Below, piece by piece: positions 51,503 through 60,259 of a DNA stretch of 64,000 nt. The DNA is from Candidatus Parcubacteria bacterium (lineage in GTDB: Bacteria; Patescibacteriota; Minisyncoccia; UBA6257; JAGOQP01): the NCBI GenBank assembly GCA_025999395.1, contig AP024682.1:2105-66104 (forward strand). Direction: 5' to 3'. The first letter of the stretch is position 1. Each line of letters begins with the position of its first letter. Under the pieces are notes generated by a model that was not told the DNA's origin, made no database searches, and worked only from the letters and a program-made list of their open reading frames with translations. The translations under genes and the position numbers were made by a program.

Positions 51503-51521
51503 ATTCTCTTCAATAAAACTA

Positions 51522-52477
51522 CTAACGCGATACTTTAAAATAAGGAAAATTATACTTTTCGCTGTCCATTACAAAATGATAAAAATCTCTTATATATTTA
51601 TAAATTTCTTCTTTATTTTTCATTATTGTTTCTAAAAAAACCGAAGCGTATTTCGTAGATTTGCTGTAAAGCATATAAACTTTGCTATCTTTTGCTTTAA
51701 AATCTTTTTCATTAAAAATTTTTAAGTTAAAAATTTTTAGCACTTCTCGATCAACAATGCATCTAAACGGCTCAATAATATCGCAAGAAAGGGATTTCCT
51801 TTGAAAAAATAACTTGTGATAAAAACCCTTATAAGTATCGAAGCCAAAAAGATTCAGCAAAGCATCTATAAAATTAAAAAGTAAGGTATAGCCCATATCT
51901 AATAAAAAATTGACTGCGTCAGGCTTAACTCTGGGCATTCGTGCAAACCAACCAATTTCTTTAAAATAAGCAGAAAAAAATTCTTTTGAGAAATTTCCCT
52001 CAATTCCTCTTAAGGTCTCTAAATTTTCAGCTTGATTAATTAAATTTCTGATTTCTTGTTTTGTTCTACTAATTAATTTCCCTCTTGATTTAAGCAATCT
52101 AAGTTGATTCTCAATTTTATTTAAAACAAGACTTTTAGAAAATTTTAAATCAAAATCGTCTGAAAAAAAGTATTGTCTCATTTTCAATAAATAATTGCCA
52201 CATTTTTCGCGCCAATTGAGGCGTAACAACGGAAACTATTATCTAGCAAAAAGAAGGAGATACCATATTTTAAGCCTTTTTTAATTAACTCAGAGGTGAT
52301 AGAAATGTTACCAATAATAAAAACAGAAAATATTCGGTGACAAGATACTCTATTTTCTACTCGTTCATCTTTTTCAAAAACAATATTGTCGTTGTAAATT
52401 TTAATCTTATTTAAAACACCGCTTTCGGTCTTAATAAAAAGAATCTGCTTTTGTCTAAAATCCGGAAGAGTAATCAT
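51522..52477 (-). CDS. cas1: CRISPR-associated integrase Cas1, split into two frames (97 aa + 235 aa; shift near 52200-52215)
   Basis: N-terminal ORF MITLPDFRQKQILFI...GNISITSELIKKGLKYGISFFLLDNSFRCYASIG (Cas1 beta-sandwich domain). Second ORF ...NYLLKMRQYFFSDDFDLKFSKSLVLNKIENQLRLLKSRG...ARMPRVKPDAVNFLLDMGYTLLFN (Cas1 alpha-helical catalytic domain pattern). Combined ~330 aa. Confidence 0.75.
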
Positions 52478-53043
52478 TTTACCAATTTAAGGTTGAATAA
52501 ATAGAATTTTGACCACCTTGGGCAAGAATGGTTAATTAACTGGAGAGGATTAAAATTCCTTATGCGTTTAAGAATATCCTCAAATATGTTTTTATCCTTA
52601 TTAGAAGGAAGGGGTATAAAGTAATTTTTATTATCGCTCATAGATCTAATAATTATTTTTTTAACTTCATAACCCATTTCCAAAAGACAGAAATATTGAG
52701 CATAAAGCTGATATTTATAACCGTCATAAATGCATTTTACTTTCGTTTTTCTTTCAATTAGAGTTTTCTCTTCTTTGTCATAAATATCAATCTTGCCCAT
52801 TATTCTATACTTGTCGCTATAAACTTCTTTTCCAACAAGAAAACGATTGGAAGTAGAATAATTTTTTTCTTCAATGGATTGATGTTTTATTCTCCCTTTT
52901 CTTTGCGGTTCATCATGAAACAAATCATCAGAAAAATCTTCATACATCATATGAAGATATAAAGTTTTTGGACAATAAAGAAAATCGTTAATTTTAGAAA
53001 TTGGGATATAGGAGTACATTATCTTTGAACAAATTTGTCCCAC
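52474..53043 (-). CDS. cas4: CRISPR-associated Cas4 (PD-(D/E)xK RecB-like nuclease)
   Basis: 189 aa. N-terminal YCPKTLYL, motif II/III GKIDIYDKEEKTLIERKT (D...ExK), QxxxY motif YKYQLYAQYF. Only one C-terminal Cys (HSCPRW). Start overlaps the cas12a stop; stop overlaps the cas1 start by 4 nt. Confidence 0.7.
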   Translation of the reverse strand: MGQICSKIMYSYIPISKINDFLYCPKTLYLHMMYEDFSDDLFHDEPQRKGRIKHQSIEEKNYSTSNRFLVGKEVYSDKYRIMGKIDIYDKEEKTLIERKTKVKCIYDGYKYQLYAQYFCLLEMGYEVKKIIIRSMSDNKNYFIPLPSNKDKNIFEDILKRIRNFNPLQLINHSCPRWSKFYLFNLKLVK

Positions 53044-56000
53044 TCTTCCTTTGAAATGCTTAAATCCGGTTTATTAGGATTATTTTTGATTTTTTCTAAA
53101 ATAATTAATCCTTTTCTGGCAATGTTATAAGCGCCAACACCATCAGCATCAAATTTCTCCTCTGGCTTATATTCTTTTAATCTATCTTTAAATTCAGCCA
53201 AATTTTCAGAAGCAATTTCTTCTCTGGCGTTATCTTTCACGACTTTCCCATCTTTTTCTATACCAATTTCTCTCAAACCAAAAGTTGTGAAAAATGGTTT
53301 TACTGGCGAAGCAAAAAAGTCAATGCCATAATCAATTTTTTTAAGTTTCTTTTCCGTCTTATCAATTTCTACTGATAAAGAATAAGTATTTCTCACTTGC
53401 AAAACAATATTAAAGAGAAAAATAAATCTCTCGTAAAAGTTTTTTAATCTTCCATCAAACTCCTTTTTTTCGACTAATAATTTATCGTTTTCTGCTATCC
53501 TCTTTTTAAGATTAGAGAGGATGTCGTTACTTTGTGCCTCAAATCCGTATTTTTCCAATAAATCTCTAAACTCCTCGTTTAAATTAATCTTTTTATAACT
53601 CCAATAACTACTTTTTGATTCTTTCCATCTTATGACTCGAGGAACCTTTGTCCAAATAGTCCAATCCTTGCTAAGAGGTTTTTTCTTTTTCTCGGCAAAA
53701 TCAACTTGATTGTATTCAATAAAATAACTTTCTTCTGTATCATCCCAGCCAAATTTTTTTAATTTATTTATTAATTCTTTTATCTTCTCTTGCGAAGCAG
53801 AATTGCTAATATAAATATTTTTTCTAAAACCAGTTAAGGGATCGGTTTGAGAAGTGTATTCCGCGCTCGTGTAAAATAGAACTCCGGTTTGTTTGGCTTT
53901 CTCAATATCTTTAAAAGAAGTAAAGGGCGCGGCTAACTGATAACCGTTTAAAACACCACCCGGAGAAAAAACATCACGATTATCTTTAAAAATCAGATAA
54001 TTCAACTTATCTATCAATGCTTTTTCAAATTGTTGATAAACTGTTCTTTCAGAAATACCATTTCTAATTTGTTTAAATCTTCTACTTAAATCTTCTAAAA
54101 CAACAATCGCATTATGGTTTATAATCAAATCGCAAATCTTTCTTACTACATAAGAAATATATCCTTGTTTTAAATCTTTAATTTTAGCCACTGGTTCCCA
54201 AGATTGTCTTTCTAATTGTCGTTGCTTTTCTCTTTCAACAAGTTTGTCAAAATAATTAACATTATTTACCTTGTTTAAATTTATCTTGTTTAAGCTTCCA
54301 TAGTCTAAAATTTCTTGATTCTGGTTAATCACGCAATAATAAAGAAGGTTCTTCTCGCCTCGGTCAATACCGATAATATTGATTTTACCAAGATTATCTT
54401 TGATAAAATGATTTAATTTACTGGAAAAATTTTTAAACGAAGAAGATGGTTTATCAGCGTTTAGAGTAATAGGACAGTGAAATAAATATGTAGGTTTTAA
54501 ATATCTTTGATAATGATAAACAGGTTTATCTTCTCTCTTTGCCTGCTTTGCGCCATTTAATCTTTCTAGAATAACCGGCTTTCTCATTTCTTCATTCATT
54601 TCTAAAACATCTCTATAAAATATTTCTGCTTTCCCGTTTAATCTAATTAATGGATATTTTATTTCTTCTAAATTTTCCTTGCTAAAAATATGTTCCCAGT
54701 AAAGAGTGTGAATATTTTTCCTGCTATCTGGTTTTTTGTATTTATAAAAATCTTTATTAGAAACTTCAAATAAATAAAGATTGCCATCATTTAGTTGTTT
54801 TTCAATATAACTCGCCTTTATTTTATCAAAATTTATCTTGTACCCCTGAAGAGCAATATGATCGGTAAAATCTTTAAAGGTTTGATATTCTTCTGATGGA
54901 AGTAATTTTAAATCAAATTTTTTCCAATAAATAAGAGCGCATTTTCTAAAATAATTAATAATTTTAACCAAATCCTCTCTATTTACTTTTTCCCTTTTAT
55001 ATGTACCTTTTTCTTTTATCCTTTTTATTTCATCTGGCCAATGTTTATTTTTTTCTTCTAATTTAGTAAATCGTTTTACAGTATTGTCTGGCATTAATAC
55101 CAAATTAAAAATATCCTTTGCCGGATCAGCTATTTGCCAATAATTCATTTTTAAATAGAAATCCTCATTATCATTAGCTAAAATTTCATTTTTTAAATTA
55201 TTTTTTCTTTCCTTTTCTTTCTGGTTATCTTTTTCAGTAATTTGATAATCAAACAATTTAGAATTCTCTTTTCTCAAAACGCCAAGATAATATTTATTGT
55301 TTTTTATAAAAATCAACCCCAAATTATCTTTTTCTTTACTAACATCCCAACCATCTAAAAGACTGCGGCTTTCAAAATTTAATTTTATCTTATTCTCATC
55401 CGAAGGTTTTTTAGTTATAAAATTTCTGATTCCATTATAATATTTGTTAAATTCAAAATTATTAAAGTATTCATCAACTAGACGATAAAATTCAGTGCTT
55501 AAACCGCTAGGGACATCTTTTCTATCTTTATCTGATAAATTAAAATACCGCATCATTCGGTTAATGCGCAAAGCAGCATCGCAGTAATTTTTAATCGTTT
55601 TAATCTGCTCTTTCTCCGCTGAATAAAATTTAATTTTCTCGGCTTCTTTTTCTAATTTATCCGTATAACCCCAAAATATCTGAATAGGTTCTCCATTTTT
55701 ATCTTTTTTAATTTCGCCTTTTTCAACCTTATCTTTAAAAAGCGACTCAAATTCAAACCGCCAAATTTTAAGAAAATTCTCCCAGTTATTACTCTTTTCT
55801 TCTTTTTCTAATGGCGCTTCTGGATTTACTTCGTTTTTGTAAAATCTCGATTTAAAAATATCGCCTTCTAAACTTAAAATCGCATTTTTAAATTCGTCTA
55901 GAGAGGTAAATTTTTTAAGTTTTATTTTCTCTTCTGATTTAACGCCCGTAAGTTTCATTAAAAATTCTTCCGGATTGGAAAACCATTTATTAACAATTTC

Positions 56001-57269
56001 GTTTATAACATTCTTCTTTAAATAAATACTTTGATAATCATTTTCAAAAATACCACTGGTAAAATCCTCAATAAATTTTTTAGCGCCTTCAATTTCTTCT
56101 TTTTCATCGCCGTAAATTTTTATTTTATTTCTCTTTATAAACTCTTGGAATCTATCAATAAAAACCTCTTCTTCTGTTTTTTCATCTTTCGCTTCTATAA
56201 AAACTCTTTCCTTTTTAACTTCTCCAAGAATTTGTTTTTCTAAATTTAGAAAAAGCGGTAAATCTTTTTTATCTATTTTATTTTTATCGCGGTATTCTTT
56301 TGTTTTTCTGTTAATTTCGCCGATTATTTTGTTATATTTATCAATTCCTTCTTGAATTAAACAATCATAATAGTAGTTAATTTCAAAAACTTTCTCTTCT
56401 TCTTTAGTTAGCCCAACATCCTTAGCTTTGTTTTTATATTTTTCTTCAAAAAGAGATTTATTTTCTAAGAATCTTTCAAAATTGCTAACAATACGGGTAG
56501 CAACCGCTGTGCTCGTGCCGTCATCTTTATATAAATTTTCTCTTGTCTGCTGGAATTTAGATAGATAAGTGGTAAATTTGTCGAAACTTTCAAAAATATA
56601 AATTTTCTTTCCCGGATTTAATTCGTCATTTATAAATAAACTTGGATAGCCCTCTTTTCTAAATTCCTCATCTTTCTCTGCTGGAAACTTATATTTTAAG
56701 ATATTTATAATTCCGGCGGCGGTCAAAAAATTAACCCCTTTTTGTTTTAAATCAGCACTACTAAACTTTATCTTCTCTTTCTTACCACCCCTTTCAATTT
56801 CTTTATCTTGATATTCTTTCTTCCATTTCTCCGCTCTTTTATCAAATAATTCTCTTATTTCTTTATAAAGATTTTCTCTTTGACCCTCGATTTCTTTTTC
56901 AAGTTTAGAAATTTCGTCCCAATTCTTTTTATTTTTATCTTTAACCTCTTTGTTTTTCTTTTTTAGAGAGACAATTTTCTCTTTATTTGACTCAAAAATT
57001 TTCGCAAACTTTTCAAAATCAATATTCCTAATTCCATTTTCAACAGATAATGATTCTTTAATAAAATCTTGATGGAGTTTATCAAAATAAAATTTCGCTT
57101 GATTATAACTTTTATCTATATTTAAATCTTTCTTAAAAATGTCATTTTCCTCCAGCCACTTCTTCGTCTCGCCAACCGGTTTTAATTCAAACCTTAATGT
57201 CTTTTGTAATGAATATTTTTTAGTAAAAACCGACCAAATGCTTTGAGTTTGATTATTTTTATTCTCCAT
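53019..57269 (-). CDS. cas12a: Cas12a (Cpf1), type V-A CRISPR effector, 1416 aa
   Basis: N-terminus KYSLQKTLRFELKPVGETKKWLEEN (Cas12a WED-I signature KYSLSKTLRFELIPQGKT). PI/WED region GNLYLFEVSNKDF...NIHTLYWEHIFSKENL...LNGKAEIFYR. RuvC-I IGIDRGEKNLLYYCVI, RuvC-II NAIVVLEDLSRRFKQIR, RuvC-III FDADGVGAYNIARKGL. Confidence 0.92.
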   Translation of the reverse strand: MENKNNQTQSIWSVFTKKYSLQKTLRFELKPVGETKKWLEENDIFKKDLNIDKSYNQAKFYFDKLHQDFIKESLSVENGIRNIDFEKFAKIFESNKEKIVSLKKKNKEVKDKNKKNWDEISKLEKEIEGQRENLYKEIRELFDKRAEKWKKEYQDKEIERGGKKEKIKFSSADLKQKGVNFLTAAGIINILKYKFPAEKDEEFRKEGYPSLFINDELNPGKKIYIFESFDKFTTYLSKFQQTRENLYKDDGTSTAVATRIVSNFERFLENKSLFEEKYKNKAKDVGLTKEEEKVFEINYYYDCLIQEGIDKYNKIIGEINRKTKEYRDKNKIDKKDLPLFLNLEKQILGEVKKERVFIEAKDEKTEEEVFIDRFQEFIKRNKIKIYGDEKEEIEGAKKFIEDFTSGIFENDYQSIYLKKNVINEIVNKWFSNPEEFLMKLTGVKSEEKIKLKKFTSLDEFKNAILSLEGDIFKSRFYKNEVNPEAPLEKEEKSNNWENFLKIWRFEFESLFKDKVEKGEIKKDKNGEPIQIFWGYTDKLEKEAEKIKFYSAEKEQIKTIKNYCDAALRINRMMRYFNLSDKDRKDVPSGLSTEFYRLVDEYFNNFEFNKYYNGIRNFITKKPSDENKIKLNFESRSLLDGWDVSKEKDNLGLIFIKNNKYYLGVLRKENSKLFDYQITEKDNQKEKERKNNLKNEILANDNEDFYLKMNYWQIADPAKDIFNLVLMPDNTVKRFTKLEEKNKHWPDEIKRIKEKGTYKREKVNREDLVKIINYFRKCALIYWKKFDLKLLPSEEYQTFKDFTDHIALQGYKINFDKIKASYIEKQLNDGNLYLFEVSNKDFYKYKKPDSRKNIHTLYWEHIFSKENLEEIKYPLIRLNGKAEIFYRDVLEMNEEMRKPVILERLNGAKQAKREDKPVYHYQRYLKPTYLFHCPITLNADKPSSSFKNFSSKLNHFIKDNLGKINIIGIDRGEKNLLYYCVINQNQEILDYGSLNKINLNKVNNVNYFDKLVEREKQRQLERQSWEPVAKIKDLKQGYISYVVRKICDLIINHNAIVVLEDLSRRFKQIRNGISERTVYQQFEKALIDKLNYLIFKDNRDVFSPGGVLNGYQLAAPFTSFKDIEKAKQTGVLFYTSAEYTSQTDPLTGFRKNIYISNSASQEKIKELINKLKKFGWDDTEESYFIEYNQVDFAEKKKKPLSKDWTIWTKVPRVIRWKESKSSYWSYKKINLNEEFRDLLEKYGFEAQSNDILSNLKKRIAENDKLLVEKKEFDGRLKNFYERFIFLFNIVLQVRNTYSLSVEIDKTEKKLKKIDYGIDFFASPVKPFFTTFGLREIGIEKDGKVVKDNAREEIASENLAEFKDRLKEYKPEEKFDADGVGAYNIARKGLIILEKIKNNPNKPDLSISKEEWDKFVQR

Positions 57270-57335
57270 ATTTTTAAATTTATTTAATTATTTTTTAACC
57301 TTTGATTTTTAATTATTCCCCCAAAAATCAAAAAG

Positions 57336-57435
57336 GGACGACGGTTGTCGCCCAATAGATATGCTTACCAAACGGTTAAGCGCTACTGGAACCGTCGCCC
57401 CTCTTTGATGAGAAGGCGGCATATCTATTGGCGAC
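57336..57435. repeat. GC-rich ~100-bp imperfect palindrome in the cas12a upstream region (nested hairpins)
   Basis: Outer IR GTCGCCCAATAGATATGC (57347-64) / GCATATCTATTGGCGAC (57419-35), 17/18 match. Inner IR ACGGTT (57372-77) / AACCGT (57390-95). GTCGCCC occurs twice. Composition ~55% GC within an AT-rich intergenic region. Confidence 0.5.
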
Positions 57436-57440
57436 ACTCA

Positions 57441-57470
57441 TTAGTATAACAAAAAATAAAAATTATGCAA
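57441..57470 (-). promoter_or_regulatory. candidate sigma70-like promoter for cas12a (minus strand TTGCAT-N16-TATACT)
   Basis: Reverse complement of 57443-57470 reads TTGCATAATTTTTATTTTTTGTTATACT. It would place the palindromic element in the cas12a 5' UTR. Confidence 0.3.
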
Positions 57471-57726
57471 TTTAAACCACAACCTTTCTTATCTATAAAT
57501 TATACCGCAATTCTGAATAATTTTCTGATTAGTACAATTTAAAAACCTCTCCGCCTCTCCATAAGAGTAATTAAGCTGGCTTTTATAAAGCTTATTACCC
57601 TCTAAAAAGCAAGTAAAATTAGGCCGAGGATTACTGAGGCTATACTAAGATACTGATTAAAAACAAGTTTTTTAAGAAAAACTCGGATACCAAAAAGATT
57701 TTAAGTAATAAAATCTAAAGCCCAAG

Positions 57727-59589
57727 TTACCAACTGCCTCCTCCGCCACCCCCTGAACCGCCGCCGGAGTGGCCGCTTCCGCCAAAACCGCTGCTAAAAC
57801 CACCACTTGATCTAGAGGCAGTATTAAAAACTTGATTAAAGGAATTGTTAAATAAAGTTAAATTATTTACAATCATATGACTACTAAAGGCTGTTGCTGT
57901 TGGATCCTCATACCAATTTGGAATAGAGTTATAGATTCCCTCAAATTTTTTAGCCCACTTATCTTCAACTCCTAAAACCATTGCGTAAGGCAAGAATTTT
58001 TCAAAAACCTCAGGTTTAAGTTCGGGAGCGTTGGTGAGTTCTAATTTGTCCTTTTCGGTTAATTCCAAAAACTCTTTAAACCCTAAGATTTTTTCAAGCG
58101 CTGAAATTCCCTGCGGAGTTAACTTATCAGAAGATCGGAGAATATATCTTACACACAAAATGCTTCCCACAATAACCAAAGCGGTAAAAATAGATTCAAA
58201 AATACCTGAAATCTGAATTTTTGCCAAATTCAATATTAAATCCAATCCTCGAAAACCAACATAGACAGCAACAATCACCACAAGAATACGAGAGATTGTT
58301 TTTTTCATTTTAATTTGAGTAAAATAACCTTTATCAGAAAGATATTGCTCTACATCTTCAGTTATTTTTTTAATGAGCAATTGGAAGGTTGTTCCTTGTT
58401 CTTTTAATTCGCTTAATTTAACGCTGTCCCGAACATTAAATAAAAAATTAAAGACTATTTTATCAGCAGGATGAGTTAAATCAGCGCCATCTTTAAGCTT
58501 AACAAATTCAAAATCTTTTTTATCTGGCCAGAAAGGAATCTCTTCAAGAGTGTAGCGAATCTTTAGATAACCTCTAACAGCCAAGTTGATAATAACAGAG
58601 GAAATATCAGCAATATCGACGCGACGATCTAACAAAGCGCCAACATCAATCGGAGATAAATTATCAGGCGGCTCATATTGAGTAGTAATGAGACGGTTTT
58701 TTAATTCGGCAGGAATAACCGGTTTTGGTTTAGTTGTTTTTCTAGAAAGGATTCGAAACCAGAAGTAGATAAAAAACAAGAAAAAGATTATGAATATAGA
58801 GATAAAAGAGATAAACTCATCAATCACACTAAACAAACTTGAATTGGAAATAGGAAGATAAGGAGAAGGAAGAGAATAATCTGTGGTGGAGGAGACATAA
58901 GTATTTTGTATGTACCCTAACGGTATCCCTAAAACAAATGTTAAACCTTCTTTTGCATTTAAAGGTTGAGTGGCGGAATAGCTAATGTTAGCGCCATTTT
59001 GATTAAAAACACAATTCTTTTGCGTACTTCCTTGCGGGCCAGTAAAACAATCCATTTTAATGCCTACAGCGACAAAATCAGGAAGTCTTACCAAAGCACT
59101 GGCGTTTTGAATAGCTACAGGCCATTGATTTCCAGTAACATTCCAATAGAGCTCATCATGATCATTAAAAGTTCTAATGGCGTTATAAACTCGATAACCA
59201 ATTACATAAGTTTTAACTCCGCTTACAGTTACATTTGGATCCCCGATCTTGATTCGCAGAACATTATTTGTAACCGAAGTAGTGTATTGGTAGGGTTCTC
59301 CTACTTCGTCGCTTACATTAAAAACATTAATACTTAATTGCGGACCATTTGTTGATGTTAGTGGAATATCCCTGAAAATCCCGTGTTTCTGATTGGAGCC
59401 AAAATCATAGATAATAGTTTCAGTAACAACAAGAGAGCCGTTTTTTTGAATATCTATATTAGCATTAAAACTTTTTATAACTTCGGATTCTGCTTTTGTT
59501 GTACCAAAAAGAAAAAAGCCCAAAAATAAAAATAGCAAACCAAAAACAGAAAGGTATTTTAGAAAAGCACTTCCTCTGCTAATCTTCAT
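57727..59589 (-). CDS. DUF2207-family membrane protein with C-terminal Gly-rich tail
   Basis: 620 aa. N-terminal signal/TM, extracellular domain, TM helices, C-terminal SGGFSSGFGGSGHSGGGSGGGGGGSW tail typical of DUF2207 proteins. Adjacent to lemA. Confidence 0.5.
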   Translation of the reverse strand: MKISRGSAFLKYLSVFGLLFLFLGFFLFGTTKAESEVIKSFNANIDIQKNGSLVVTETIIYDFGSNQKHGIFRDIPLTSTNGPQLSINVFNVSDEVGEPYQYTTSVTNNVLRIKIGDPNVTVSGVKTYVIGYRVYNAIRTFNDHDELYWNVTGNQWPVAIQNASALVRLPDFVAVGIKMDCFTGPQGSTQKNCVFNQNGANISYSATQPLNAKEGLTFVLGIPLGYIQNTYVSSTTDYSLPSPYLPISNSSLFSVIDEFISFISIFIIFFLFFIYFWFRILSRKTTKPKPVIPAELKNRLITTQYEPPDNLSPIDVGALLDRRVDIADISSVIINLAVRGYLKIRYTLEEIPFWPDKKDFEFVKLKDGADLTHPADKIVFNFLFNVRDSVKLSELKEQGTTFQLLIKKITEDVEQYLSDKGYFTQIKMKKTISRILVVIVAVYVGFRGLDLILNLAKIQISGIFESIFTALVIVGSILCVRYILRSSDKLTPQGISALEKILGFKEFLELTEKDKLELTNAPELKPEVFEKFLPYAMVLGVEDKWAKKFEGIYNSIPNWYEDPTATAFSSHMIVNNLTLFNNSFNQVFNTASRSSGGFSSGFGGSGHSGGGSGGGGGGSW

Positions 59590-59599
59590 AAATTAAGCT

Positions 59600-60151
59600 C
59601 TAAAAAGACACTTTTACAACATCTTTTTCGTTTTCATCTGCTCCGAAAAATTCCGCCTGTCTAAAACCAAAAATTCCAGCTACAACATTAGCTGGAAAAA
59701 CTTGAATAGCATTGTTTAATTCTCTGACTGCAGCATTATAGTATCTTCTTGCTGATTGAATATCATTTTCAATAGCAGAAAGTTGCTCTTGTAATTTTTG
59801 AAAATTTTCTGAGGCTCGAAGCTGAGGATAATTTTCTGCTACCGCAAACAAACTTTTTAAGGCGCTGGATAACATATTTTCAGCTTGAGCTTTAGCCACT
59901 AAATCATTTTGATTCATCGCGCTTACCCTTGCGTTGGTAACATTTTCTAAAACAGCCGCTTCATATTCTTTATAGCCTTTTACCGTTTCAACTAAATTAG
60001 GAATAAGATCGTAACGCCTTTTAAGCTGAACATCTATATCAGACCAAGCATTTTTAACGCGGTTTCTTTTTTGAATTAAAGAATTAAATACCGCAATAAC
60101 CCAAATAAGTACAATTGCCCCAACCCCAATTGCTAACCATGTATAAAGCAT
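59600..60151 (-). CDS. lemA: LemA-family protein
   Basis: 183 aa. N-terminal TM then LIQKRNRVKNAWSDIDVQLKRRYDLIPNLVETVKGY...AVRELNNAIQVFPANVVAGIFGF, the characteristic LemA sequence. Confidence 0.7.
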   Translation of the reverse strand: MLYTWLAIGVGAIVLIWVIAVFNSLIQKRNRVKNAWSDIDVQLKRRYDLIPNLVETVKGYKEYEAAVLENVTNARVSAMNQNDLVAKAQAENMLSSALKSLFAVAENYPQLRASENFQKLQEQLSAIENDIQSARRYYNAAVRELNNAIQVFPANVVAGIFGFRQAEFFGADENEKDVVKVSF

Positions 60152-60259
60152 AGTTTTAATTAAAATTACTTTTAAAATTATTTAAGCTTTTATTTAATAT
60201 ACCAAAATAATTTTAAAAACTAAACAAGCAAATTAAAAACAAGTTAAATTTTCTAAAAA

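Noticed and set aside
57395-57420. Hammerhead-ribozyme-like TTGATGAG...GAA motif within the cas12a upstream palindrome
   Set aside because: Only a partial match to the CUGAUGA core. No conserved GAAA/stem III arrangement could be assembled.
51010-57720. tracrRNA/anti-repeat search around the Cas12a locus
   Set aside because: No sequence complementary to the full repeat was found outside the array apart from the short degenerate leader segment. This is consistent with type V-A, which is tracr-independent.
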